DNA from: Takakia lepidozioides
Lineage: Eukaryota > Plantae > Bryophyta
Direction of reading: 5' to 3'
Length of the DNA: 64,000 nt
Assembly: GCA_030704615.1 (NCBI GenBank)
Contig: CM060731.1
Span: 79,608,001-79,672,000 of the forward strand
Shown: positions 41,008 through 52,422 of the stretch, piece by piece
Position numbering within the stretch: position 1 is the first letter of the stretch
Layout: each line of letters starts with the position of its first letter
Notes under the pieces: model-generated
Database searches by the model: none
The model's input: the letters and a program-made list of their open reading frames with translations, nothing else
Told to the model about the DNA's origin: nothing
Made by a program: the position numbers and the translations under genes

Positions 41008-44000
41008 CTAGGGGGCAAGAGGGGGAATAGATTCAAGCTGATGTTTGTTGGTAATGATAGCGGTAAGAGAGCAGAGCGCCGTGAGGTGTATAACTTTAAA
41101 GCATTTATGGATGGAAGTGAGAGGAAGTTTAAAGTTGTCTTGGAGTGCGGAGATGCTGGCATTATGGATGCCCCTCTAGTGCCAGCAGAAATGACAGTAA
41201 GGGGGCCTGTGGCCCATCCTCGCCTGCGGATAGCAAGGATAAGCTGTGCATATTTTTGGCGTTTTTTGAGGATAGAGGAGCTGGGGAAGCAGTCGTGGCA
41301 ATATGTAAATTCTATGAAATGGATGGTGTGAGTAGGGGACGGTTCAGTGGGTGGGAGCGTTAGTGGGAAGTCCCTGGACTAGAAGGATATCCGGGTAGAG
41401 TCGGGCAGGGCATTTGCAGGATGAGTGAGGACTGCAATTACAGGGAAGCAGCCAAGGTGGTACCGTATGGTCCGGGGGTCGGCTTTGATAGGTGCCTGCA
41501 TTGATGAGTGAGAACCATCGAGTGACATTACATTTGAGGAGGAGTTTATGGATATGCCATACTACGTGGTTATGTCGAGCAATACGGAGTCCGTGGATGA
41601 CGGGGTGGGGACAATTATTGAGAAGATGGGGCCATGTATTGCGGGTCACGTGAATGTGGGAACAGAGTGGGCAGTGCGGGGAAAGGAAGCGGGTGGGCCA
41701 GAAGGTGTGCTTGCGCTGATGACCCATGTATTGGGCGTATCTGTTTTTGAGGGTCTGTCGTAGTTGAGCATCAGATACGGCTTTAGTGTGCAAAAAGTGG
41801 TTTGATAGTTTGTGGTGGAATACAGTGGATTGGGTCCACTTTTGGATATGTAGTTTGGTATGGCTAAGAGAAGCCGAGGCTTGTCTATTAGCTTCTTTAG
41901 TCAGAGTAGAATGAAGGTTCCGGATTGGCCGGGGTTCTGATGGGTCGGGTACCGGGTGAAGCAGCCAAAAGGGGTGTGCATGTGCGATGTGGATGGGGTC
42001 TGCCGAAGGTTCAACTGGGGGTTTGGAGCCCAGTTGGGCGAGGAGGTCTGCCTCCTCGTTGCTGAGGATGCCCGTGTGGGATCGAACTTTGAGAAAATGA
42101 ATGGTTTTATTAATGGAGATAGCGAGTTTGATAATTGCAGAGATAAGGTTTCTATCAGGGTGGTGGAGGTGGGAGGAAGGACATGCAAGGTGGTTACGGA
42201 GTATAAAGAGTGAGTTTAGGCTATCCGTGAAAATGTAGTATGGTGGTGGGAACGAGGCTAATTGTGAAATAGCTTCATAAATAGCCATGAGTTCGGCCCG
42301 AAGTATGGTTGCAGGGCCCAGGAGTCGGTGGGCTGTCCCTGTGTTGGTGGCGGCATGGTATACACCGTACCTGGCATGGGAGCCAGAGTGGGAGCCGTCA
42401 GTGTAGTGTGAATGGAGTGGGGGGTATTTGGGGGAAGTAACCCACAGGTTAACCGGAGGGGCTTCATGGGAGATAGTATTGTGAAGGGTAACGGGGCGGG
42501 GGGGGTGTACTGGCCCAGGCTTTGCTAGGTTTTGTCCTGGAGCATGGTCTGGCGAGAGAGCTATGTGAGTCTAGAGACGGGTAGGTGGTGAGTAACATGC
42601 CATGGGTAACGGATAGGAGATGGGTGAGACGAGTGGAAATGTCTAGGGGTATAGGGGTACGGGAGGTAGCTTTGACAAGCAGGAGTAGGGCTACAGTGGG
42701 TTCCTTGTGGCGGAGGTATTTAGGAAAGGGCAGATTGTGCGTACAGCAGAGATGCTTGGGTTCGATGACAGCTAATGATGTCACCTCTGGGGAAAGTTGT
42801 AGAAGGGGGTGTTGGTGGTCAGGTAGGCGTTGTTGTGTGAGGATGTTGCGCACCTCACTTTGGTAAGCTCCCCCTCAAGTCATAGTTACTCGCTTTGATG
42901 TGCGCGCCTGACTCCCAACCGGCCGCCGGGCCAACTTGGAGCTTCGGCTGCTCACCGGGACATAACGGTCCCCCTTCGCTCTCCCGAAAGACCCTCCACC
43001 TATTTGGGCCTAGTGGAATTCCCTTTGGTAGATGGCAGTCCGGAACAGCTCCCCACTCTTTGGTCGCTTTCCGGTTCGCTCGCTTACTCACTAGTTTTTG
43101 GTCACCAACGGGCTTGCACCGTTCTCGGGGTTACTACTCCCTATATATACTTCTGTAGCTGTCCGCGGGGGTTTCACAACCAGCCATGCCATTTTATGGC
43201 GAACCACCACGAAGACCCTCGATTCCCGGTGGTGAGTCGCGGTGAGTCTTGGCCCGCTCACCACGGCCCCTATGGACCGTGATGAGTCCCAAGACTCCCC
43301 ACGACTCCCACCACGAGGTCTCCGCCCCCATGGTGAGTCCTATGCCACCCCCACTAAGTCCCACTAAGCTACCACCACCCCTTGTGGAGCCACCCCCACC
43401 GCAACCCGGTGTGCGGGGCTCCACCTAGTGAGCGCCTCCGCTTCCCTGAGTGCCTTGGGCACTCAAGGGTGCTTCAGCCCCCCATACCTATCGCTGCTGC
43501 TGCCCCCACCATAGGGGCAGCCCCTCATGTGTCCCGACCCCCTGCCCTCAAGGCAAAGGGCCGCGACAGAGGATGAGGATAGTGGATGCGGTGGGGGAGG
43601 AATGAGCGGCAAAGCATGCCCATAGAAGAGCTTCGTGTGCAAGGGGCCCCGGTGGCGGATGTGCCAGGCCGCCACCGGACCAAGTGTGTTGAGTGGCTGA
43701 TCCGAGGGCTCCGAATACACAGTCCCGGGGGTGCGGGCTGTCATAGGGGGAGATGTCAAGGGGGCACGTGAGTGGACTTGAGTAATATGAGTGGGTAAGT
43801 TGGAATGCGGTGATGAGAAATTTGAGGATGTCTGGAGGGATAGTGCCGTGGGTATAGGTTTGAGCTAGTTTGTCGGGGGAGCACGGTTTTTTGGTGGGGG
43901 TGTCACTTAGGTATCTGTCGAGAAGTCTTGCTTTGGGGGTTGTAACTGGCTAGTGGTGGTGGTGGGGGCGGTATATCTGTTCCAGAGCCAGGCGAGCCTA

Positions 44001-44565
44001 ATATGAGGGATAGAGCCGGCGAAGCGGCCGTTAAATGTATAGATGTTGGACGCTATGCGACTAGGACATATGATGGGGGAGGTTTGGTCAATATCTTTGT
44101 CGGGGTTGCATTCAAAGATTTATATATGAATATTAGTTGCGACAAGGGGATTACGAATGTAGCGTGCATCTATCAACTGGGTTTGGGAGACATGATAGTG
44201 GTGGGTGTGTGCCAGAAAGTTGGTGTTAGTTGTTTTGTGGAAACTTGTGAGAAGGTCACGGTTATGGGCTGGGTCACAGTCTTCGTGGTTCCCAAAAAGG
44301 TCATCTTCGATTTGCCAGGTATTATCTTCTGTAGGGAATCCTGCCCATTTACAGAGATAGTAGGTATCTACACAGGCGGCACCGAATGAGTCTAGCAAGA
44401 TTAGGGTTTTGATACCGAGGATAGCTTCAATAACGAAGGCATCGAGGTGATCAAGGTTGGTTAGGTGAGGGACAGTCGGAGAGGTGGAAGATAAAGAGGG
44501 GCTAAGGAGGGGGTACGGGAGTTGGGTTGTTGCGGTATTGGGGGAGGGAGGTGATAGATACGAGT

Positions 44566-44601
<36 letters not shown>

Positions 44602-47600
44602 GGGGGCGAGTTGGGTTTTGCTGCTGGAGAATTGAGGTGGCAGGGGCTTTACGAAATTGTGGAAGGAGGTCTTGTTTGTGGTGTGGGAAGAGTGAACACG
44701 AGAGGTCACAATCAATGGTACAAGCAGTGGTCGGGTGCGGAGGTGTAACAAATATCGACGGGTTTTGATAGTAGCCCGGGAGTGTTTTAGGGTAAATTGG
44801 CACGGGGTGAAGAGCCTATTCCCAATAGTTGTAGTGAGTTGGGCAAGATGAGTAATATGACGAGTTTTGAAGTACGCAAGGATAGATTTCCTTTGACGGG
44901 GATGTGAGTTGCCAAATTGTGAGGAGAATGGACTATGAAGCCAAGCACGTTCAAGTGGCGATATAGAGTTGGGGAAGCCCGGGAGGTCGGTTTGTATGCT
45001 GATTCTCATTTGGCATAGGATGAACAACGATCGGGCAGTGGGGGAGTGGAGACAGGATTGGGAGTGGAGGGTGGGGAGAGAGTATAGTCCATTATATCTA
45101 GAGGCCAGGTGTTTAAGGAGCCCACTAAAAATCAGTCCGAGGCGGCCAAGATCGTTGAGGGCTTCTAGCAGTTGTGACCCCAAAGTGCGGGCATAGGAAA
45201 TAATTAAAGGGCTGGAGCCTATATAGTAGCTATCTTGGGGGAGCTGAGTGAGGGCGTTCGGGGTGCTAGTGGGTAGGCCACATATTCGTTTGGTGAGTTG
45301 GGTAATTTGTTGGTCAAGCTGTTTGATGTCTGGTAAAAAGAAGGGGGTTGCGTGGCAGGCGTATTAGACTTGTGGTTTGAGAACTAACTGGATTATGGCT
45401 AGTTTAGGGCGGATGGAGACTGGGGATTTGAGTAGGGCGAGACTCTTATTTTTTAGTTTGGAAAAGGTTGTGTCCCTCTGTATTTGCCAAGTGAGTGACG
45501 GGACCAGTTGTATGCCCAGATAAGTGTAGGGTTCGTCCGGGCCTAAGAACGGGAAGGGTTTTTATTGGTAGTGTATATGGAGCTTACAGTGGGAAGCTAT
45601 CGTGGATTTTGTGAGTTTGCTACGGTGTGTGGCTGCAGTGACCGCGCACTTATGAAGGCTTAACTCCATACCAGACCATTGATTGAAGCGGGATAATTTG
45701 TCCACTTGGCGATTGAGATGTTGCGGTTAGTGTGCAATGATGGCAAGGTCGTCCGCATAAGCTGCTGAAGAGATTTCATTGAAGGATGTTTTGTATTGAT
45801 ATCCTAGGTTGCCTCGGGCGAGCCATCTTAGCAAGGGTCGAGGAAAGTGATAAATAGGTAAGGGCTAAGTGTATCCCCTTGGATGGTGCCACATAATATG
45901 GGGATAGGTGGGGTGGATCCATAGTAGGAGCCAGAGTATTCGGTGGTGCTGTTGGTGTAGATATTACCAATGAGTTGGATAGCATCTATAGGGTATCCAA
46001 GCTCTGTCATAATGGCCAACAGGCGGGGATGGTCCAGTGAACCAAAGGCATTTTTGAAGTCAATATAGAGAAGATAGATATCTTGTTTAGTAAGTTTAGC
46101 GTCTTCGAGGGCAAAGATAACATATTGTATTTTCCGGGTAGTGCTACGTGTTGCTCGAAAGCCTTCCTGCGGGTCGCTTAAAATACGGTGTTGTTCGCCA
46201 TAGGAGGATAACATCGCAGTTAGTGTGCTGGTAAATAGTTTGTATATGGTGTTTGCAAGGGCTATGGGCCTGTAGTTACTAAGGTCCGTGGGGTCGCCTT
46301 TTTTAAATAGTAGGATGGTCCGGCTATGCTTCCAGGCTTGTGGTATACGATGTAGTCGGTAGCATAGGTGAAGGAATTTAAATAGAAGAACATGAAATTG
46401 GGGGTCAAGTGCTTGAAGTATGGCATTGGGAATGAGATCTGGGCCCGGGGCCCTAGCTTTGGAGAGAGCTTTTAGGCATGATTCATGTAAGTCAGTCGTG
46501 AAGAGATCAAGGATACGGTCAGTGGGGGAGCCTCGCTTTTCCAGTGAGAAACCGTCGAGATCATGCCAGGGGTAGTGTTTGACTTTACAGATGCAATTGG
46601 GTGCGTGGTGGGTGGGGTGAAGACAGTTGGTAACGTTAGGTGTATAGGAAGACGAGGCCTGGAGCCAGATCTCTGTGTTGATGTCAGCGGGTTTCGTTAA
46701 TAGGTGGCCTAGCCTGTGTCTGAGGCAGTCGATGGGTGGGTTGATTGCAGGGTTGAAGATGGCTTTGTGGGCCCATTTAGGGTGTTCATGGAGCAGTTGG
46801 CCAAAAGAGGCGACAAATTTTTTGTGGTTGGCGGAGGCTTTTTGTTTTGTGATAATATAAGCAGATTTTTTGGCTTCTCGTCCAAGTTTGGAGAGGGAGG
46901 CGGTCCATTGGGGAAGAGAAGGTGGGTCCTCAGGTGGGGGCATAATAGATTGACATGCGGGGAGAGTGTTCAAACAGGTGATGCGGGGGTCGGTTCTCCG
47001 GTTATTATATGGCGGGGTAGAGGAAGGAGCTATGATAGTAAGAGCCCGGCGTATGGTATGGTAGATGTTGAGGTGGGAGATCCATTCATGTTTCTGGGTT
47101 CGGGTGAGGTAACCCCCGTTTTGTTTCGATCGAGTGGTTTGGGGGAGGTCGGGAGGGGCGGAACATGTGGCTAAAACACTCTTAGTCATTTCTTGTATTG
47201 TAGATGCGAGTATGGACCCAACTTCGATCCAGGTGGTATCAGGGGAAGAATATAGGTTAGTATCGGTAAGTATGTGAGAGATCTTGTGTATAAAATTTGA
47301 AGAGGTAGGGTGGAAATGTTTTTGGAAAGCTTTGATGTTACATAGGGGTATTGGGGAGAGGATTCTAGGCTGGGGTGAGGGGGTATGTATATCTGACAGG
47401 GGTTGAAAGGGAATGAGGGAGGGAGGGAGGTACACGGTTATCGGGTAGTGGTCCGAGTTACATAAGCTATTGATGTGGACGTGGCTTATGAGATATGACG
47501 GAATTGTATTAACGGTTTTGAGGTAGAAACCATCAAGAAGGTTTAAGGAGGAGTAGTTAAGACCCCCTTGCCTAGAGTAGTGGGAGTCCGCGGGAATGTA

Positions 47601-50600
47601 TTTGAGCTGTAATAGGTTGGTGAATCGAGCCCATTCGTGGTCGGCTGGGGATGGTGGTTTGTGAGTTCCGTTGTATGAGTGTCCTTGTAGTGTGATGCCT
47701 CTGTTGAAGTTGCCGGCTAGTATGACATGGTAGTGTTGGTTATCTGGGTGGGTGACTGTGTGGGAAATAGTGTTTAATAAATCAGGTGTGAGGGGGAGGT
47801 CGTCGGTATGTGAGGGCATATATAGGTGGATGAGGGTGATAGGGCATAATGCTGGTGGGTGTAGGTGGATAATTTGAAGGTGCGAACGAAGGGGGATAGG
47901 AATGGCAATTTTGGTGGTGGTACTAGGGGAGTGATGTGTCTTAAGAATTCCAAGTGCTACTCCACCCCTAGTGGGTTTGTATGGTGCAGAGCGGCGCGAG
48001 AGACACTGCTGGGCCGTTAGGGGGGTGCCATATAAGAGGAAGTAATCGGGTAGCAATTTATTTATGTAGGAGCTGCTAGTATTGTGAGTATGTAGTTTGG
48101 TTTCTTATAGTAGGAAGATATGTGGTTGCGAAGAGTGGGTGAAGAGATGGAGTAGGCTTGGTATGCTAGTGGCTAGTGAGCCCACGTTCCAAGAGGTGAT
48201 CGTTAGTGTGTTGGGGCAGTCGCCGAGAATAGGGAGGGCGCGGTTGGGAGAGGGGGCAAGTGAGGGTTCCTCAGTAATGGCGGTGGCTGGGGGATCGTAG
48301 CCGGGTATCGGGGTGTAGACTGCTTGAAGTGTGGCAGAGAGGATATCATTGGAGAGGAAGGGGAATTGATTGGTGATGCGACGTTGGTCTAGGTCGGGCG
48401 TGGCTACTGAGGCGAGGTGGTCCCCGAGGATTTTATGCACTACTCCGGGTTTGGAGTTCAAAAGGTTAAGCGAGGTGTGGATTGCGGATAGGGAGTGTGG
48501 AGCGGCCAGGTAGTTGTGGGAACGTGGAGGTAATCTTTGTAATTGGTGAAGGAGGGAGCGGATCTGGGGGACTGAGTGGGAGAATAGGTATCCATTACAG
48601 GTCTCTGGGAGAGGGGAAATGAGGATGATAAGGGAGAAGAGGATATGTGGCGCGGGGAAGGATTTGAGTCTTAAGAGGGTTTTAGAGAGTGCCGGGTAGC
48701 AGCTGGACGGTAGTCCAAATGTTGTGATGTATTGCGTATGGTTAGTGGGTTGGTCGCATGGGAAAAATGGGGTGAAATGGTTGACAATGTGTCGATAGCT
48801 GCGCCTGAGCGACACAATGTCTGGTTGGAAGTATATAGCGTATCTGTCTTGTGCGTCTATGGGGAGTTCTTTGATAATATCGTTAATGGTGGTAGGGCCC
48901 GGGTTTGGTTGTATGTCTCCGCATCGTAATAGGATGAGGTCAGAGCAGGTATCTATGTAGGAGTTATCGGGGAGGGGGGATGATGGTGGTAGTGTTTGGA
49001 CCTTCCTAGGTGTAGTGGGTATCCGCCGTGTGGGCTATGGGTAATGAGAGGGGGCTGATGGGTATGGCGAAACTGTGTAAGAGTGTGAGGGTAGTTGGAG
49101 GGAGCGGGGGTTATGTGTTCAGAGGATTGATGGGTAGAGAACGGGGTAGAGTAACTTGCATGGGTGGAGAGAATAGGAGGGATATATTGAGTATACCTTG
49201 GGAAGGGGGATGTATATGGGTGCCCAGAGGGGAGGATGATGCAGATTGTGGGTAGGGGTTTTGGATGAAGTTCGTTCATCCATCCGTTAATAAGGGGCTC
49301 CCAGAATAGTGGGTGCAAATAACTAGTGGTATAGGGGACGTCGCCAGGGCAGACGTCGCCAGTAGTTAGGTAGACGTGGCATGTTTTGAATTTTGAAGCG
49401 TTGGGAGACGGGGCTAGTCCATGATCCATCGGGTGAAGGAAGGTAGTAAATTGCGGGAAAGGGTGTTTGTGGAAGGTGGTAAGCTGCGGGACAGGGTGTT
49501 TGTAGAGGCGCAACAGATCGCAGGAGTTCGCTGGCCAGGACATCAGAGAGAGAGAGCAATGACTAGTAGTTATTGGAGAATGTTTATATTGCTGCAGGAA
49601 GGTGTGATTCGAGCAGAAGTGGTCGGCATGCTGGAGCTCGATCAGAGCTAATGGGCGGTATTGACCAGTCTGTACATCAAGCGCGTTGTTGGCGTCACCC
49701 TCTGCAATTGAGGAGTTAGTGATGCCTGGTGGCAGGGGTAACTTGGCCAACACCACGTTAGCATGGTGAAAGAAATTCGCTAGATTCACTCCAAGATTCT
49801 GGGTGATCGATTCCTTCAGAGCCAACAGATATGCATGGTGTTCCTCCTATTGCTTTGTCAAGGTGGTGGCCACCCGCGATTCCATTGCAGAAAGTTCTCC
49901 ACGAATATCCTTTCTTATCGATATGGCATGAGCAGCTAGTTTTTTGTCTATCTCAGACATCATAGCTTCGTGACCACGAGAAGATTCCGAGTCTGGTTTG
50001 ATTGCAATTGAGTTCACCGTGTCGGCTAGCGCCTAGTTGATGTTTGCCTCCCGGAGCCTGTCGAGAATTTCCTTTGCCGGTGGTACAGCTCCATTCAGAC
50101 TGTTGTTATGTGGCTCGAAGTTGATGTAGCGGTCGATGACCAACACATGCGGTTTGTTGACCCACTGTGTGTAGACACTGGGGTTTTTGCACGTAATCAA
50201 GATCATGCCAGTGTGCTTGATCTTCTCTTCAGGAACAACCGAACAAAAATAGATTTGTGTGATGTTGTCTTTTCCAAAGATAGAGTGCAAGGCGTCCTCG
50301 ATAGCTGCCTGTGGATGCAGTTGGTTGAGATTTTTCACAATGAGCGTAAGCGCGTTTCTCTCTGCCACGATTTCCTGTGGGGTAGCTGTTAAACCCGTCA
50401 TGCTAGTTCGCCGAATTCGCAGCTGTGGTCTGATCAGCGTGAGAATCGGATGCCCTGTGTCAGCATCCTTGGTTTGGTGTCCTCGGAAGTGACGTATATG
50501 AAGCATAACTTGGACTCTGGCCCAATCTTGCGAGTGTAGAGGATCTCGTACTCATCACCATGAACGTGAGCTTCCATGATGAGATGCATTGTAAGCTTGT

Positions 50601-51762
50601 GGCTGATAGTTCCGTGTAGGCTTTCGCTTGTCATGTATAAAGAGAGATGTTCCATTGTCGATTGTAAATCGAATGCTTTTTCCACCTTACCTTGCATTGG
50701 TATGCCAGAGGACATCTCTATGACGAAGGCTCGGTCGCCTTTCAAGAGAGCGATGTCGTCCCTGGCTGGATGTATCAACTCGACCTTGAAGATGCCAGTC
50801 CAGTGCTTGCTGGCATGTTTGGAGTGGGCCATAATGGGCGAATACAGCGTAGTACCCAGTGGAATGTTCATCGCTGCAAAACGCTTCTTAGCCCTATAGA
50901 CAGCCTGTTCTTTGGGCATGTCGGTCTCTTTGTCAAACCTGATCAGAATGTGGTAGGGCGTCGCGGAGAGTCCAGAGACAAGGTCAACGATGGTGCCTTT
51001 TGGCAGTTGAGTAAGCTGGTAGAGTTGGCCTTCGCGACCATCCGGTCGAGCTATAGGGAAAAATAGTTGGGGTACGTGCGGGTAGGCCTTGAGGCCATGT
51101 CGCAGTTCGTATATCTCAGACGGGCAGAGCCCAAGCAGCTCGAGTTCTCTTGTCGTGCGTTTCTCCGTGACAAATGGGAGTTCAGCATCGTGTGCGTGTT
51201 GTTCAAGTGTGTGATAACCCATCCATAAGAGTGGCCCTCCTGGCGAGCTTGAAATTTCTAAGCATGGAGCTGGATCTGGCGAAAGAAATCCCCGTGATTT
51301 TTTGGGGTCGGAGTGGGTGCTTCCAGCCTCGCTGTTGAATGCACTGGAGGCACGCTTGTTGTGCGGGCTGAGAGTCAATGGCTGTGCAGGAGGCGCCTGA
51401 GTGTCATGGAGCTGGGTCACCCGTTGATTTTGTGTTGATGGTGCTGGGGTTGGGGCAGGTTTGTCGTGGACTTGAGCACTGTGAGACTTTGTCTTGTTTT
51501 GTGTCGAGTGAGTTTGATATGCTTGTGGAGTGGCGAAGAATTGTTCGTCGGATAAGTGCATGTCACTGACTTCCTCGTCGCCATCAAAGTGCTGGGAAAT
51601 TTCTGCATTTGCGTCATTGTGGTGCCCCATTTTTGCCGAGAGTCGCTGAGCAAGGAAGTTCACCGGAGATTTAGAGCTGAACATAGCCTTCCCTTTGTGC
51701 CTTGGCTGTTTTTGGATACTCCTCGAGCTTTTTTGGATACTACTAGATTTATTGCTAGACAT
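41008..51762 (-). pseudogene. Disrupted polyprotein of the Dualen-like element: RRM-like, APE, RT, chromodomain, MTase-like, RNase H, CCHC, restriction-like endonuclease
   Basis: RRM-like LTLIVKNL…GMILITC (~50100-50350). APE TSWNVGS (~48190), IFLL*ET, ILAGNFN, SDHYPI (~47440). RT YRPIAL, IDFKNAF, GTIQGDTLSP, YADD (45748-45759). Chromodomain 44237-44437. RNase H YTDGS/RAEL/FTDS/KVRSH/NEEAD (42028-42405). CPLC..H..C, RHN, YPDILLV, then after a frameshift IEFTY, KRQKY, GW, GTRG. Stop at 41008-41010. Confidence 0.88.
42844..43568. mobile_element. 725-bp solo LTR inserted in the Dualen-like ORF
   Basis: TGTTGCG…CGCGACA termini, 5-bp TSD GAGGA (42839-42843 and 43569-43573), central TATATATA (~43142). 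Excision restores the frame STILIL|TQQRLP. Confidence 0.92.
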
Positions 51763-52422
51763 GTGTGGAATTGAAGAGATTGAGTGAGGAGGGGAGATAG
51801 GGGCTATGTTGAGCCTGCAAAGTTTGTCACTGCCTGAAGAATGAAGGTGAGAGTGTGGGGTAGAGATAGAGAGAGGGCAGAGGCTAAGGGGTTGTGAGTG
51901 ACGCGGTAGAATATCTATAAGGAGAGAAATCGTTAGTGGACTAGCTGTGAAGGCGCCAATGTGATAACCATTCTTGATTGTGCCGTTAGAGTGACATCGA
52001 ATCAGACATGTGTTGGCTGCGGGCTGGGGCCATGACGGCAGAGGTTTTACGGCGGTGTGTAGGAGGTCAATATGTAGTTCATAGCAGAGTGGGGATGGGG
52101 TGATAATGTCATGTTGTGTAGGGGCCGAAAGAACGGCGGAGGTATGCTCTGAGCGTAGGGTGCTTTGATGAGGAAGGGCAGGAGTATTCGCTGCAAAGGA
52201 GAGAGCGTCTGGGGAAGTGAATGTTTTTGGCAGATCATGTTTATGGGGCCTACTGCACCGTTTTCCTGGCTGTTGGTGATTATGGTGTGGCAGGGAGGTA
52301 AATTAAATGTCGTTGCAGGGAGCATTGGTGTGGAATCTGAGAGCTTGTAATTAATGGTGTGTGGCTGCTGTGGAGGAGAATCATGATATGTGATGAACGA
52401 GGTGAAGTGATGTGGTGGTGGC

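Noticed and set aside
44566-44600. Poly-proline or poly-glycine domain
   Set aside because: A long G homopolymer, most likely slippage expansion or a length artefact of sequencing.
48105-51762. Cysteine-protease domain reported for algal Dualen elements
   Set aside because: No convincing catalytic motif was seen; the region is low-complexity and P/H/T-rich apart from the RRM-like and coiled-coil parts.
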